The notes beneath the pieces were generated by a model that was not told the origin of the DNA, searched no databases, and saw nothing but the letters and a program-made list of their open reading frames with translations. A stretch of DNA of 64,000 bases, taken from Anaerolineales bacterium UBA2317 (GTDB lineage Bacteria > Chloroflexota > Anaerolineae > Anaerolineales > Villigracilaceae). The stretch covers positions 2,522 to 66,521 of the forward strand of contig DDVH01000052.1 of NCBI GenBank assembly GCA_002345215.1. Direction: 5' to 3'. Shown here piece by piece: positions 19,883-29,405 of this stretch (positions are counted from its first letter, which is position 1; every line of letters begins with the position of its first letter). Position numbers and translations under genes: made by a program.

Positions 19883-19940
19883 GGGCGACCCTCTCAAAGA
19901 AATTAAGTTAACTTCATTAAACCTGACGGGTCGCCCTTAC
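19879..19940. repeat. GTAG-tagged palindrome overlapping the kinase stop codon
   Basis: GTAGGGGCGACCC...GGGTCGCCCTTAC; its TAG (19880-19882) is the stop. Confidence 0.8.
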
Positions 19941-19962
19941 GGTTTGATATATAGGAGAAATT

Positions 19963-20346
19963 ATGATAACAGTTTTATTAGTAGATGACGAAAAATTAAT
20001 TCAACGCAGTTTAGAAAAAACTTTATTGCGAGCAGGCTTTGATGTATTCACTGCTTCCGATTGCACAACAGGCAAAGAAGTTTTTTCACGCAATGCCAAC
20101 TCGATTGATATTGCCGTTTTGGATTTGAACATGCCAGGCTTTGATGGCAACCCCAAAAATGATGCAGGTTTTGATTTGCTAGATGAATTGAAAAAACAAA
20201 AATCAAATTTACCTGTGATTATTTTGACGGCATACGATGAAGTCAGCAAAGCCAAAGATGCTGTTTCAAAAGGTGCCAATGCTTTCTTTGTTAAAGGAAG
20301 AGAGCAAGGCTTGGTGGAATTGGTGCAGAAGATTCTTGGAAAGTAG
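19963..20346 (+). CDS. Single-domain response regulator
   Basis: LVDD, VLDLNMP, ILT and FVK; AGGAG SD. Confidence 0.92.
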   Translation: MITVLLVDDEKLIQRSLEKTLLRAGFDVFTASDCTTGKEVFSRNANSIDIAVLDLNMPGFDGNPKNDAGFDLLDELKKQKSNLPVIILTAYDEVSKAKDAVSKGANAFFVKGREQGLVELVQKILGK

Positions 20347-20424
20347 TAATTGGTAATTAGTAAATTAAATCCCTTTGTGTACCTTTGTGGCACTTTGTGG
20401 TAAAAAAACGAAAGTGAGGAAAAA

Positions 20425-22482
20425 ATGTCATCTTCAATTGAAAGACATGCAAAACTATTAAAAGCCGCGGCGAGTGCGGCACGTAGCATCACAACAATTC
20501 TTGATTCGTATGAATTGTTCCAACGCACTGTAGATATTATCTGCGATGAATTTGGTTTTTATTATGCAGGCGTATTTTTAGTCGAGGGCGATTACGCAAT
20601 TCTCAAAGCAGGTCGAGGCGAAGCAGGTCGTGCCATGTTGCGAGAGGGTCATAAACTTGCCATCGGTGGCAACTCTATGATTGGTGCAAGCATCGCCAAT
20701 AAAAAAGGTCGCATCGCATTGGATGTCGGTGCAGAAGCTGTCTTTTTTGAAAATCCGCATTTGCCAAAAACTCGTTCTGAGATGGCGCTTCCGTTAATCA
20801 TCAATGATGAAGCGATTGGTGCACTCACAGTTCAGTCTACTGAAGAAGCCGCGTTCCATGAAGAAGATATTGATGCATTACAAACCATGGCTGATCAATT
20901 AGCCGTTGCGATTCAAAATGCAAAATTACATAGATTAGAAGAACGCCGTTCAAGATTATTGAAAGCCGCCAATCGGGTTGGAAAAGAAACCGCCTCGCTT
21001 CTTGACCTTGATACATTACTGCCACAAACCGTCAACATTATCTGCGAAGCATACGGATTGTATTACGCAGGCGTGTTCCTGATTGAAAATGATTATGCTG
21101 TTTTACGTGCAGGCTATGGAAAAGCAGGTAAAGCCATGCTGGCTGAAGGTCATAAGTTATTAATCGGCGGCGACTCGATGATTGGTCAATCTATTTCATT
21201 GGGTGAAGCGCGCATCGCGCTGGATGTTGGTGAAGAAAGAAAGCATTTCAAAAATCCGCACTTGCCACATACTCGCTCCGAAATGGCATTGCCGATTATT
21301 TATGGAAATAAACCTTTAGGCGCAGTCACCATTCAAAGTTCGGAAGAAAATGCGTTTAGCGAAGATGACATTACGACATTAATCACAATGGCAGAACATC
21401 TAGCCGTTGCGATCAACAACGCGTATTTACTTGAAGAACTTAAAGAAGCACACAACGAAATTTTACGAAACAAAGTATTTGAAGCACTCACAACTGCCTC
21501 CACCGAAGCGATTCATTGGATTGGAAATAAAACTTTACCAATTTCATTGACGATCGCGCGATTAAAAGAAGAAATTGCCGAAGGCAAAGTGGATACAGAA
21601 TCTTTGAAAGAAGATTTAGATATGATTGCCGAAAGCGCGGCACAGATTATCCAAGTTAAAGAGCAATTGATTGGGGCTGTGCGTGAAATGAAACCACGTT
21701 CTATTTTATTGGCAGATGTTTTACAAACTGCCGTATATCAACGTGGCATTGATGAAAACACCTTGAAAGTTCAAATTGACCCAGCCGCGGCGTATGTAAT
21801 TGCAGATAGCACACAACTCACTCGTGCTGTTGGAAATATTTTGCAAAACGCGGTTGAGGCTGGAGCAAAATCTATCAAAATCACATCACGTCTCACTGAA
21901 GAAAGAGGTGTACTCGAAATTGATGTCGAGGATGATGGCGCAGGCATGAGTGATGAAACGATGCGAAAAGCATGGTCACCATTTTTCAGCACACGCGGAG
22001 TCTCACATCATGGTTTAGGTTTGCCTGCTACCATGCATGTCGTTTCGCAATCACAAGGGCGGATTGCGTTGGTCAGTGAAGAAGGCAAAGGCACAACGGT
22101 TGCGATGTTTATGCCAAAAGGTTTTGCAGTAGATGGAAGTGTTGAATCTGAGTCGGTCAAAAATATTTTGTTGATTGATGATAATGATGATTGGGCAAAT
22201 CTTTTGTCTCGTTTACTGAAAAATACAAAAATTAAATTAACACAAACGGCTGATTTGAAAAAGATTCCATCTGCCGATATTATTTTTGTAGATGAAAACA
22301 TCGCTTCTGTTTCTTTGAAAGAAGTATTATCTGCACTTGCAAAAGCAGATGTGTTATTGAAGACAGTTGTTTTAACTTCTGCGATTAATCCTGAGCGTGT
22401 GACGCAATATCTGCGTGATGGCGTGAAAGATGTAAGTGTTAAACCGTATTCGGCGAATGAAGTAAGTGAGTTATTAAAGTAA
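20425..22482 (+). CDS. Soluble hybrid histidine kinase: GAF-GAF-HisKA-like-HATPase-REC
   Basis: Two tandem GAF repeats (~167 aa period, RSEMALP), EAIHWIGNK, NILQNA, DDGAGM, GLGL, and a C-terminal REC. Confidence 0.9.
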   Translation: MSSSIERHAKLLKAAASAARSITTILDSYELFQRTVDIICDEFGFYYAGVFLVEGDYAILKAGRGEAGRAMLREGHKLAIGGNSMIGASIANKKGRIALDVGAEAVFFENPHLPKTRSEMALPLIINDEAIGALTVQSTEEAAFHEEDIDALQTMADQLAVAIQNAKLHRLEERRSRLLKAANRVGKETASLLDLDTLLPQTVNIICEAYGLYYAGVFLIENDYAVLRAGYGKAGKAMLAEGHKLLIGGDSMIGQSISLGEARIALDVGEERKHFKNPHLPHTRSEMALPIIYGNKPLGAVTIQSSEENAFSEDDITTLITMAEHLAVAINNAYLLEELKEAHNEILRNKVFEALTTASTEAIHWIGNKTLPISLTIARLKEEIAEGKVDTESLKEDLDMIAESAAQIIQVKEQLIGAVREMKPRSILLADVLQTAVYQRGIDENTLKVQIDPAAAYVIADSTQLTRAVGNILQNAVEAGAKSIKITSRLTEERGVLEIDVEDDGAGMSDETMRKAWSPFFSTRGVSHHGLGLPATMHVVSQSQGRIALVSEEGKGTTVAMFMPKGFAVDGSVESESVKNILLIDDNDDWANLLSRLLKNTKIKLTQTADLKKIPSADIIFVDENIASVSLKEVLSALAKADVLLKTVVLTSAINPERVTQYLRDGVKDVSVKPYSANEVSELLK

Positions 22483-24914
22483 TGCGACCTCGTTGGCGAA
22501 AAGTTTTTCACGATTTGTGGGATAACAAAGCTCGTACTTTGTTAGTTGTATTTTCTATTGCAGTGGGCGTGTTTTCTATCGGTGTAATTTCAGGCGCGTA
22601 TGAAATCATATCCAATGATATGGGAATTTCGTATGCGGCGAATAACCCTGCCAATGTTGAACTTCGTATGTCAAATTTTGACGAAAATATTCGGTCATCT
22701 ATTCGCAATGCAAATGGTGTGAAAGAAGTTGAAGTGCGGCGGGTGGTCAACTTCCGTGTGAAAAAGGAAGGGACTGAAAAATGGATTTCGATTGACCTTG
22801 TGGCATTTGAAAGTTTCAGAGAGAACAAAGTCAATTTGCTGGTACCAGTTTCAGGTCAGCTTGAAGCGGGCGAAGATGAAATCTTATTAGAAGAAGACAT
22901 CCTCGAAGATATTGAAATCGCAGAGGGTGACTATCTCGTTTTTGAATTGCCCGATGGTTCCACAAAATCTTTGCAAGTGGTTGGTTTTGTAAAAGATGCT
23001 TCTACAGGAGCGGGAGATTTTCTTGCCGCGCCGTTTGCATTTACAGTGATGGAAACAATGCAAACGTTGCGTCAACCTGAAACATTTAATCGCGCCTTTG
23101 TAACAGTCACTGGAGACCAGAACGATATCAATTACATTCGCGATGTTGGTTCTGACTTAAAAACAAAACTTGAAAAAAGTAATCTTACGGTTTTTCGTAC
23201 CCGTTTTTCTGAAACCAATAAACATCCATTGGCTGATGTGATTAACGCTGTGCTTGGAATTTTGATGGCATTGGGTATCTTAATTGTTTTGTTATCAAGT
23301 TCATTAATTGCCAATACGTTAAGTGCTTTGTTAACTCAACATTATCGCCATATTGGTGTTATCAAATTAATCGGTGGCAGAAATAATCAAGTCTTAATTA
23401 TGTACCTGGCTTTAATAATTGCATTTGCAGTATTGGCTTTGTTGATTGCAGTTCCAACCGGTGGGCAGGGCGCGTATCAATTGGCTTTGTTTATGGCAGA
23501 CCAATTAAACTTTGGTTTGCTTGGTTATCGCATTGTGCCAATGGCTTTTACGATTCAAATTTTAGTTGGGCTTCTCGTCCCTTTAATTGCTGGGCTTGCG
23601 CCAGTATTAAATGGCTCAAAGATAACTGTCTTGCGTGCGTTGAGTAATGACTTGACTGGTGATGAAAGCAAACCACAAACGGCAGGAGAAGCACGCGTCT
23701 CTTGGCTAGACTGGGCACTGGTTCGGCTTACCCGCATCTTGGCATCTCGGGGAATCCAAATGCCGCGCCCGTTTATTATTTCTTTAAGAAATACATTTCG
23801 CAGGCGTAGTCGTTTACTTTTAACATTATTTACCTTGACCATGGGCGGTGCAATTTTTATTGCAGTGTTCAATGTGCGCGTCAGTTTGAATACGTATGTG
23901 GATGATATTGGTAGTTACTTCCGTGCTGATGTGACAGTAGATTTTGATGAGGCTTATCGCATCAGTGAAATTACACAATATGCAATGCAAATAGATGGTG
24001 TGCAACATGTAGAAGGCTGGCAATTTATGGCGGCTGAATTGTTATATCCTGATGGAACGCCAGCAGAGAATATCAATTTACTTGCACCACCTGCTGAAAC
24101 TGAATTGGTCAATCCAATTTTGGCTTCGGGTCGGTGGTTGCGTGCAGATGATGTTCGTAAACTTGTCATCAGTGAAGCTGTTGTAAATTACATTCCAAAT
24201 TTAAAAGTGGGTGATACTTTAAATTTAAAAATAAATGGCAGTGAAGAAATTTGGGAAGTGGTTGGCATCTTCAAGTTTGTTGGGCGTGAAGGCATTTTGG
24301 CTTACACCCCCTTTGAATATGCAGCACAAGCCAACAACCTCGCCAATCGTTCATTTTCATTTCGTGTGGTCACAGATAAACATGATAGGGCATCTCAAGA
24401 TGTCGTTGCAGAGCAATTAGATGATTTCTTCCGTGCCAACGGATTCAAAATTCGAGAAGCCGAATCAGGCTTGTCCTCACTTGATACTGTTACCGAAAGC
24501 ATTGACATCCTTGTAGTTTTTCTCTTAATCATGGCAATTCTGACAGCCGTTGTAGGTGCTATGGGATTAACTGGCACAATGGGTATGAACGTTTTAGAAC
24601 GGACGCGTGAAATTGGAATCATGCGTGCCATCGGAGCCGATGACCGTGCCATCATGCGAACTGTGATTGGTGAAGGTTTTGTGATTGGAATGCTCTCATT
24701 TGTGTTGGCGATTATTTTTTCCATTCCAATCTCTTATGGGCTTTCATATATTCTCGCTGTAACAGTTTTTGAATCACCTATCACAGTAGTCTTTACATAT
24801 CTTGGCTATGCCATTTGGCTTGGATTAATCATTTTATTGTCTGTACTTGGTTCTGTGTTACCTGCCCGTAACGCTGCCAGATTAACCATCCGTGAAGTGT
24901 TGGCGTATGAATAG
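22482..24914 (+). CDS. ABC transporter permease with two FtsX/MacB-type halves
   Basis: 810 aa; HIGVIKLIG and ERTREIGIMRAIGA FtsX motifs; two extracellular domains; TAATG coupling to the kinase. Confidence 0.92.
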   Translation: MRPRWRKVFHDLWDNKARTLLVVFSIAVGVFSIGVISGAYEIISNDMGISYAANNPANVELRMSNFDENIRSSIRNANGVKEVEVRRVVNFRVKKEGTEKWISIDLVAFESFRENKVNLLVPVSGQLEAGEDEILLEEDILEDIEIAEGDYLVFELPDGSTKSLQVVGFVKDASTGAGDFLAAPFAFTVMETMQTLRQPETFNRAFVTVTGDQNDINYIRDVGSDLKTKLEKSNLTVFRTRFSETNKHPLADVINAVLGILMALGILIVLLSSSLIANTLSALLTQHYRHIGVIKLIGGRNNQVLIMYLALIIAFAVLALLIAVPTGGQGAYQLALFMADQLNFGLLGYRIVPMAFTIQILVGLLVPLIAGLAPVLNGSKITVLRALSNDLTGDESKPQTAGEARVSWLDWALVRLTRILASRGIQMPRPFIISLRNTFRRRSRLLLTLFTLTMGGAIFIAVFNVRVSLNTYVDDIGSYFRADVTVDFDEAYRISEITQYAMQIDGVQHVEGWQFMAAELLYPDGTPAENINLLAPPAETELVNPILASGRWLRADDVRKLVISEAVVNYIPNLKVGDTLNLKINGSEEIWEVVGIFKFVGREGILAYTPFEYAAQANNLANRSFSFRVVTDKHDRASQDVVAEQLDDFFRANGFKIREAESGLSSLDTVTESIDILVVFLLIMAILTAVVGAMGLTGTMGMNVLERTREIGIMRAIGADDRAIMRTVIGEGFVIGMLSFVLAIIFSIPISYGLSYILAVTVFESPITVVFTYLGYAIWLGLIILLSVLGSVLPARNAARLTIREVLAYE

Positions 24915-24920
24915 GAAAAC

Positions 24921-25067
24921 GGTGGTCGAGTAGGCGGCGGGTCTCGATACATCTCTGCGAGATTACTCTACCATCGCCGCCGTATCGAGACCACAAATTG
25001 TTTATAAAAATAAAAGTATGTGGTCTCGATATGCCGTGAAGAGCAAGTGCACGGCTACTCGACCACC
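24921..25067. repeat. GGTCGAGTAG/GTATCGAGACC palindromic elements: inverted doublet with a nested third copy
   Basis: 24921-24994 and 25020-25067 are mutually inverted; a further copy is nested inside the first. Confidence 0.8.
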
Positions 25068-25087
25068 ATTATTACAAAGGAATAAAT

Positions 25088-26209
25088 ATGAAAAAAAATA
25101 TTTTGAAGATCAGTTCGTTTATTATACTTACATCATTAGTCTTAATGGCTTGTGGTGCACAACCTGCTGAAACCACAGCACCTGTAGAAGAAATCATTTC
25201 TTCTAATGAAGTGATTGCAGAAGGCAGACTTGAACCTGTGCAAGGAACAAACTTAACTTTCCAAGCACGCGGAATTGTTGAAGAGGTTTTGGTCAAAGCA
25301 GGGGATAGTGTAAGTGAGGGAGATGTCTTAGTCCGCCTCGCAAATGCAGGCGCGGCTGAAGCGCAGGTTGTCATCGCACAAAATGCTTATGATTCACTTC
25401 TTCGCAATGAAAGCGGCGACCGTGCAAAATTATGGCAGGCTTATATGAATGCTCAAATTGCGCGTGCGGATGCAGAAGAAGATTGGGAAGATTTGAATGT
25501 TGACTCAATCGAAGACCGCATTGAAGATATTGAAGCCGACATTGAAGATTTACGCGAAGATTTGCAAGATGCTCAAGAAGAATTTGATAAATATTCCAAT
25601 TTAGATGAAGATAATTCACGCCGTCAAACTGCAGAAGATGATTTGGAAACTGCTCAAGAAAATTTGAACGATAAGATTCGTGAACTCGAAGCCGAAATTC
25701 GAGAACGTGATGAAGTGAAAGCAATTTATGATTCTACTCTTGCCGCCGAAGCCGAAGCCAAATATCAATATGAATTAAGTTTGGATGGACCAAATGCTGA
25801 TCAACTCACACTTGCCAAAGCAAATTTAGATGCGGCACAAGATGCTTTATCAAATTATGTTTTGACTGCACCATTTGATGGCGTAATTGCAGATGTCAAT
25901 GTTAAAGTTGGCGAACAAGTTGGTACTGAAACTCGTGCAGTGAGCCTTGCGAACTTTGATTCATGGATTGTCGAAACAACTGATGTGACTGAGTTGGAAG
26001 TTGTGAAGTTAAGTGTCGGTCAACAAGTGACTTTGAATCCTGATGCGTTACCAGATTTGCAACTCACTGGCGAAGTGGTTGAAATCAGCAATGCTTTCAC
26101 GCAACAAGGCGGTGATATTCTTTATACGATCAGAATCAAAGTCAATGAAAGTGATGAACGTTTGAAGTGGGGCATGACAATGGAAGTGACTTTCTTAGAA
26201 GCAGAATAA
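25088..26209 (+). CDS. HlyD/MacA-like membrane-fusion adaptor lipoprotein
   Basis: Lipobox LMAC; VLVKAGDSVSEGDVL and APFDGVI lipoyl halves; long acidic coiled coil. Confidence 0.88.
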   Translation: MKKNILKISSFIILTSLVLMACGAQPAETTAPVEEIISSNEVIAEGRLEPVQGTNLTFQARGIVEEVLVKAGDSVSEGDVLVRLANAGAAEAQVVIAQNAYDSLLRNESGDRAKLWQAYMNAQIARADAEEDWEDLNVDSIEDRIEDIEADIEDLREDLQDAQEEFDKYSNLDEDNSRRQTAEDDLETAQENLNDKIRELEAEIRERDEVKAIYDSTLAAEAEAKYQYELSLDGPNADQLTLAKANLDAAQDALSNYVLTAPFDGVIADVNVKVGEQVGTETRAVSLANFDSWIVETTDVTELEVVKLSVGQQVTLNPDALPDLQLTGEVVEISNAFTQQGGDILYTIRIKVNESDERLKWGMTMEVTFLEAE

Positions 26210-26229
26210 AATTGAAATAAATTTTATTC

Positions 26230-26260
26230 AAACTGCCTATCAAATTTTGATAGGCAGTTT
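26230..26260. terminator. Intrinsic terminator-like hairpin
   Basis: AAACTGCCTATCAAA-T-TTTGATAGGCAGTTT after the adaptor gene. Confidence 0.75.
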
Positions 26261-26284
26261 ATTGTTAAAGGTATAATTCAATCC

Positions 26285-27307
26285 ATGGCAAAAACAACCC
26301 GCCCACTTGACCCTGAATCCAAACCTGATGACCGTGTTGACCATGCCTTGCGTCCGCAAAAAATTGCGGATGTCATTGGGCAAGACCAGGTTATGCAAAA
26401 TTTATCTATTTTGATTGATGCGGCGAAGCATCGTAATGAGGCGTTGGATCATGTTTTGTTTTATGGTCCGCCTGGGTTGGGGAAGACAACTCTCGCACAT
26501 GTCTTGGGCAATGAAATGGGAGTCAATGTCAAAGTGACTGCTGGACCTGCCATTGAACGTGCAGGTGACTTAGCCGCGATTCTTACAAACTTACGAGCAG
26601 GTGATGTTTTATTTGTTGATGAAATTCATCGCCTCGGACGTGCAGTGGAAGAAGTGCTTTACCCTGCAATGGAAGATTTTGCATTAGACATTGTGATTGG
26701 CAAAGGACCTTCTGCTCGTTCAATCCGTTTGAAGTTACCAAAATTTACAGTTGTTGGAGCAACGACAAGATTAGCATTGGTCACTGCTCCGTTGCGCGCA
26801 AGATTTGGTGCTGTCTATCGTTTGGATTATTACGATTTTGAAGCCATGAAACAAATCGTGACCAGAGCCGCAGGCATGTTAAAAGTTTCCGCAGATGAAT
26901 CAGGTATCAGCGAAGTGGCGAGGCGTGCGCGTGGGACTCCACGAATCGCATTGCGTTTGTTACGTCGTGTTCGGGATTATGCTCAAGTTCGCGCGGATGG
27001 ATTAATCAACGAAAAAGTTGCACGAGAAGCATTGGACTTGTTACAAGTTGACCCGCTTGGTTTGGATGATGTTGACCGCCGTGTGTTGAAAACGATTATC
27101 GAAAAATATAATGGCGGACCTGTTGGTTTGAATACGATTGCGGCTTCGATTAGTGAAGAGCAAGATACGATTATGGATGTGGTGGAGCCGTATCTTTTGC
27201 AACTCGGATTTTTAGATAGAACGCCTCAAGGACGTGTGGCGACAAAATCGGCTTATGAACATTTGGGTTACACATACACGGAGCAAGGGCAGGCGAGGTT
27301 GTTGTGA
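26285..27307 (+). CDS. ruvB: Holliday junction branch migration helicase RuvB
   Basis: [25 protein letters not shown] and RTPQGR motifs. Confidence 0.98.
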   Translation: MAKTTRPLDPESKPDDRVDHALRPQKIADVIGQDQVMQNLSILIDAAKHRNEALDHVLFYGPPGLGKTTLAHVLGNEMGVNVKVTAGPAIERAGDLAAILTNLRAGDVLFVDEIHRLGRAVEEVLYPAMEDFALDIVIGKGPSARSIRLKLPKFTVVGATTRLALVTAPLRARFGAVYRLDYYDFEAMKQIVTRAAGMLKVSADESGISEVARRARGTPRIALRLLRRVRDYAQVRADGLINEKVAREALDLLQVDPLGLDDVDRRVLKTIIEKYNGGPVGLNTIAASISEEQDTIMDVVEPYLLQLGFLDRTPQGRVATKSAYEHLGYTYTEQGQARLL

Positions 27308-27378
27308 GTTTGAAGGTTAGCAAGTTGAAATGTTTGCAAGTTAACTTTTAAACTTTCCAACCTTTAAACTTTGAAACA
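27308..27378. repeat. Octamer tandem/inverted repeat
   Basis: GTTTGAAG GTTAGCAA GTTGAAAT GTTTGCAA followed by AACTTTTA AACTTTCC AACCTTTA AACTTTGA. Confidence 0.7.
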
Positions 27379-27384
27379 CAAATT

Positions 27385-27612
27385 ATGGAAACTTTTGCTC
27401 GTTATGTAATGATTGGCGGAATTGTTTTATTCCTCATCGGCGCAGGGATTTATCTCGTCGCGAAATTTGGAATTCCATTAGGTCGCTTGCCCGGTGACAT
27501 CCGTATGGAAGGGGAGAATGGATCGTTTTATTTTCCTGTCACAACTTCAATTTTGATTTCTGTGATTTTGACGATTGTGTTGAATGTGATTGCAAGATTT
27601 TGGAATAAATGA
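27385..27612 (+). CDS. DUF2905 small membrane protein
   Basis: LGRLPGDI and FYFPVTTS; usual position between ruvB and queA. Confidence 0.9.
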   Translation: METFARYVMIGGIVLFLIGAGIYLVAKFGIPLGRLPGDIRMEGENGSFYFPVTTSILISVILTIVLNVIARFWNK

Positions 27613-28667
27613 AAACATCCGATTTTGATTATCACTTACCCGAGTCTTCCATTGCACAGACTCCTGCTGAACCACGCGATTCATCTCGACTATTAGTTTT
27701 GAATCGTGGCTCAGGAAAGATAGAACACCGCTTCTTTCGTGACGTCAAATTGTTTCTGCGCCCCGGCGATTTGCTTATCCTGAATCAGACTCGTGTCATC
27801 CCTGCCAGAATTTTTGCAAAAAAAGAATCAGGTGGCAAAGTGGAATTATTGCTGTTACGAAAACGTGATGACTTAACTTGGGAATCTTTAGTAGGTGGCA
27901 AAGGCTTGCGTGTAGGCAAATCAGTGTTTGTGGAAGTTCAAAATAAAAAAATACAAGTTGAAATTTTAGAAATTCTCGAAGGTTCAGAAAGATTAATCAA
28001 ATTTTCTGAACCGATTGAGCCATATTTTTCAAAAATTGGAAACGTTCCACTACCACCATACATTCACGAAAAATTGACAGACCCCGAAAGATATCAAACC
28101 GTTTTCGCCAAAGAGACAGGTTCTGCCGCCGCACCAACCGCTGGACTTCACTTCACACCTGAATTATTGAACGAAATCAAAAACATGGGCGTGAAAATTG
28201 GCTTGGTCACTTTGCATGTTGGCTTAGATACATTTGCACCCGTCAATGAAGAGAATCCCGAAGAACATAAAATCCATACCGAGTGGTGTGAGCTGACTCA
28301 AGAAACTGCGGATTTAATCAATGAGACAAAACGAAATGGGGGAAGAGTGATTGCGGTTGGTACAACATCTGTTAGAACTTTGGAGACAGTAGGGAATCGA
28401 GACTCGGGAATCGGAGACGAATCCCAACTCCCGACTCCCAATTCCCAAATTTCACCATTTATCGGACCCACAAGTATTTACATTCTGCCCGGCTATCAAT
28501 TCAAAGTGGTAGATGCCATGATTACAAATTTTCATCTACCAAAATCTACACTCATTATGTTAGTCAGTGCTTTTACTGGCAGAGAAAAAATTTTAGAAAC
28601 GTATGAAACTGCTATCAAAGAAGGCTATCGTTTTTATTCCTTTGGCGATGCGATGTTTATTGTTTAA
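27609..28667 (+). CDS. queA: S-adenosylmethionine:tRNA ribosyltransferase-isomerase
   Basis: PLPPYI, YQTVFA, AAPTAGLHF, VGTTSVR and TNFHLPKS; contains an in-frame repeat-derived insert. Confidence 0.97.
   Translation: MKTSDFDYHLPESSIAQTPAEPRDSSRLLVLNRGSGKIEHRFFRDVKLFLRPGDLLILNQTRVIPARIFAKKESGGKVELLLLRKRDDLTWESLVGGKGLRVGKSVFVEVQNKKIQVEILEILEGSERLIKFSEPIEPYFSKIGNVPLPPYIHEKLTDPERYQTVFAKETGSAAAPTAGLHFTPELLNEIKNMGVKIGLVTLHVGLDTFAPVNEENPEEHKIHTEWCELTQETADLINETKRNGGRVIAVGTTSVRTLETVGNRDSGIGDESQLPTPNSQISPFIGPTSIYILPGYQFKVVDAMITNFHLPKSTLIMLVSAFTGREKILETYETAIKEGYRFYSFGDAMFIV
28392..28446. repeat. Heptamer inverted repeat inside queA, in frame
   Basis: GGGAATC GAGACTC GGGAATC GGAGACG followed by ATCCCAA CTCCCGA CTCCCAA TTCCC. 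Confidence 0.75.
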
Positions 28668-28733
28668 AAGTTAGAAAGTTGTAAGGTTTGAAGGTTCTAA
28701 CTTTTCAACTTTCAAACTTGCTAACATTGAAAC
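28666..28733. repeat. Octamer tandem/inverted repeat
   Basis: AAAGTTAG AAAGTTGT AAGGTTTG AAGGTT followed by AACTTTTC AACTTTCA AACTTGCT AACATTGA. Confidence 0.7.
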
Positions 28734-28736
28734 TAT

Positions 28737-29405
28737 ATGACTCAATTAGAAAAATTAAACAACCAAATTATTCAATGCCGAAAATGCCCTAGACTTGTGG
28801 AATGGCGAGAAGAAGTTGCACGAGTCAAACGCAAGGCGTATATGAATGAAGGATATTGGGGAAAACCTGTCCCTGGTTTTGGGGATGAAAATGCTCAAGT
28901 ACTAGTTGTCGGATTAGCTCCTGGCGCACATGGTTCAAACAGAACAGGCAGACAATTCACAGGCGATGCTTCGGGCGGATTTTTATTTCCAGCATTGTTT
29001 AAGGCTGGGTTTGCGAATCAGGCTGAGGCAGAGTCCAGAGGCGATGCACTTCGTCTAAAAAATATGTATATCACTGCATCAGGTCGTTGTGCGCCACCAG
29101 ATAATAAGCCTACACTTGAAGAATTAAATAATTGCCAACCCTATTTGGAACAAGAATTAAAAATCATTAATCCAAAAGTGATAGTATGTTTAGGACGAAT
29201 TGCATTTGAACGAATTTTGAAAATTTATGGAATACGAGATTCAAGTTATAAATTTTCACATGGCGCACACTATCAACTACCAACAACCAACTGGATACTG
29301 TGTTCATATCATCCAAGCCAACAAAATACTTCAACCAAAAAGTTGACCGTGAAAATGTTTGATGCAATTTGGGAAAAAGCCAAAGAACTTATAAATAAGG
29401 ATTGA
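28737..29405 (+). CDS. Uracil-DNA glycosylase family 5 (UdgB-like, Fe-S)
   Basis: CRKCPRL, GLAPGAHGSNRTG, RCAPPDNKP and YHPSQQN motifs. Confidence 0.92.
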   Translation: MTQLEKLNNQIIQCRKCPRLVEWREEVARVKRKAYMNEGYWGKPVPGFGDENAQVLVVGLAPGAHGSNRTGRQFTGDASGGFLFPALFKAGFANQAEAESRGDALRLKNMYITASGRCAPPDNKPTLEELNNCQPYLEQELKIINPKVIVCLGRIAFERILKIYGIRDSSYKFSHGAHYQLPTTNWILCSYHPSQQNTSTKKLTVKMFDAIWEKAKELINKD

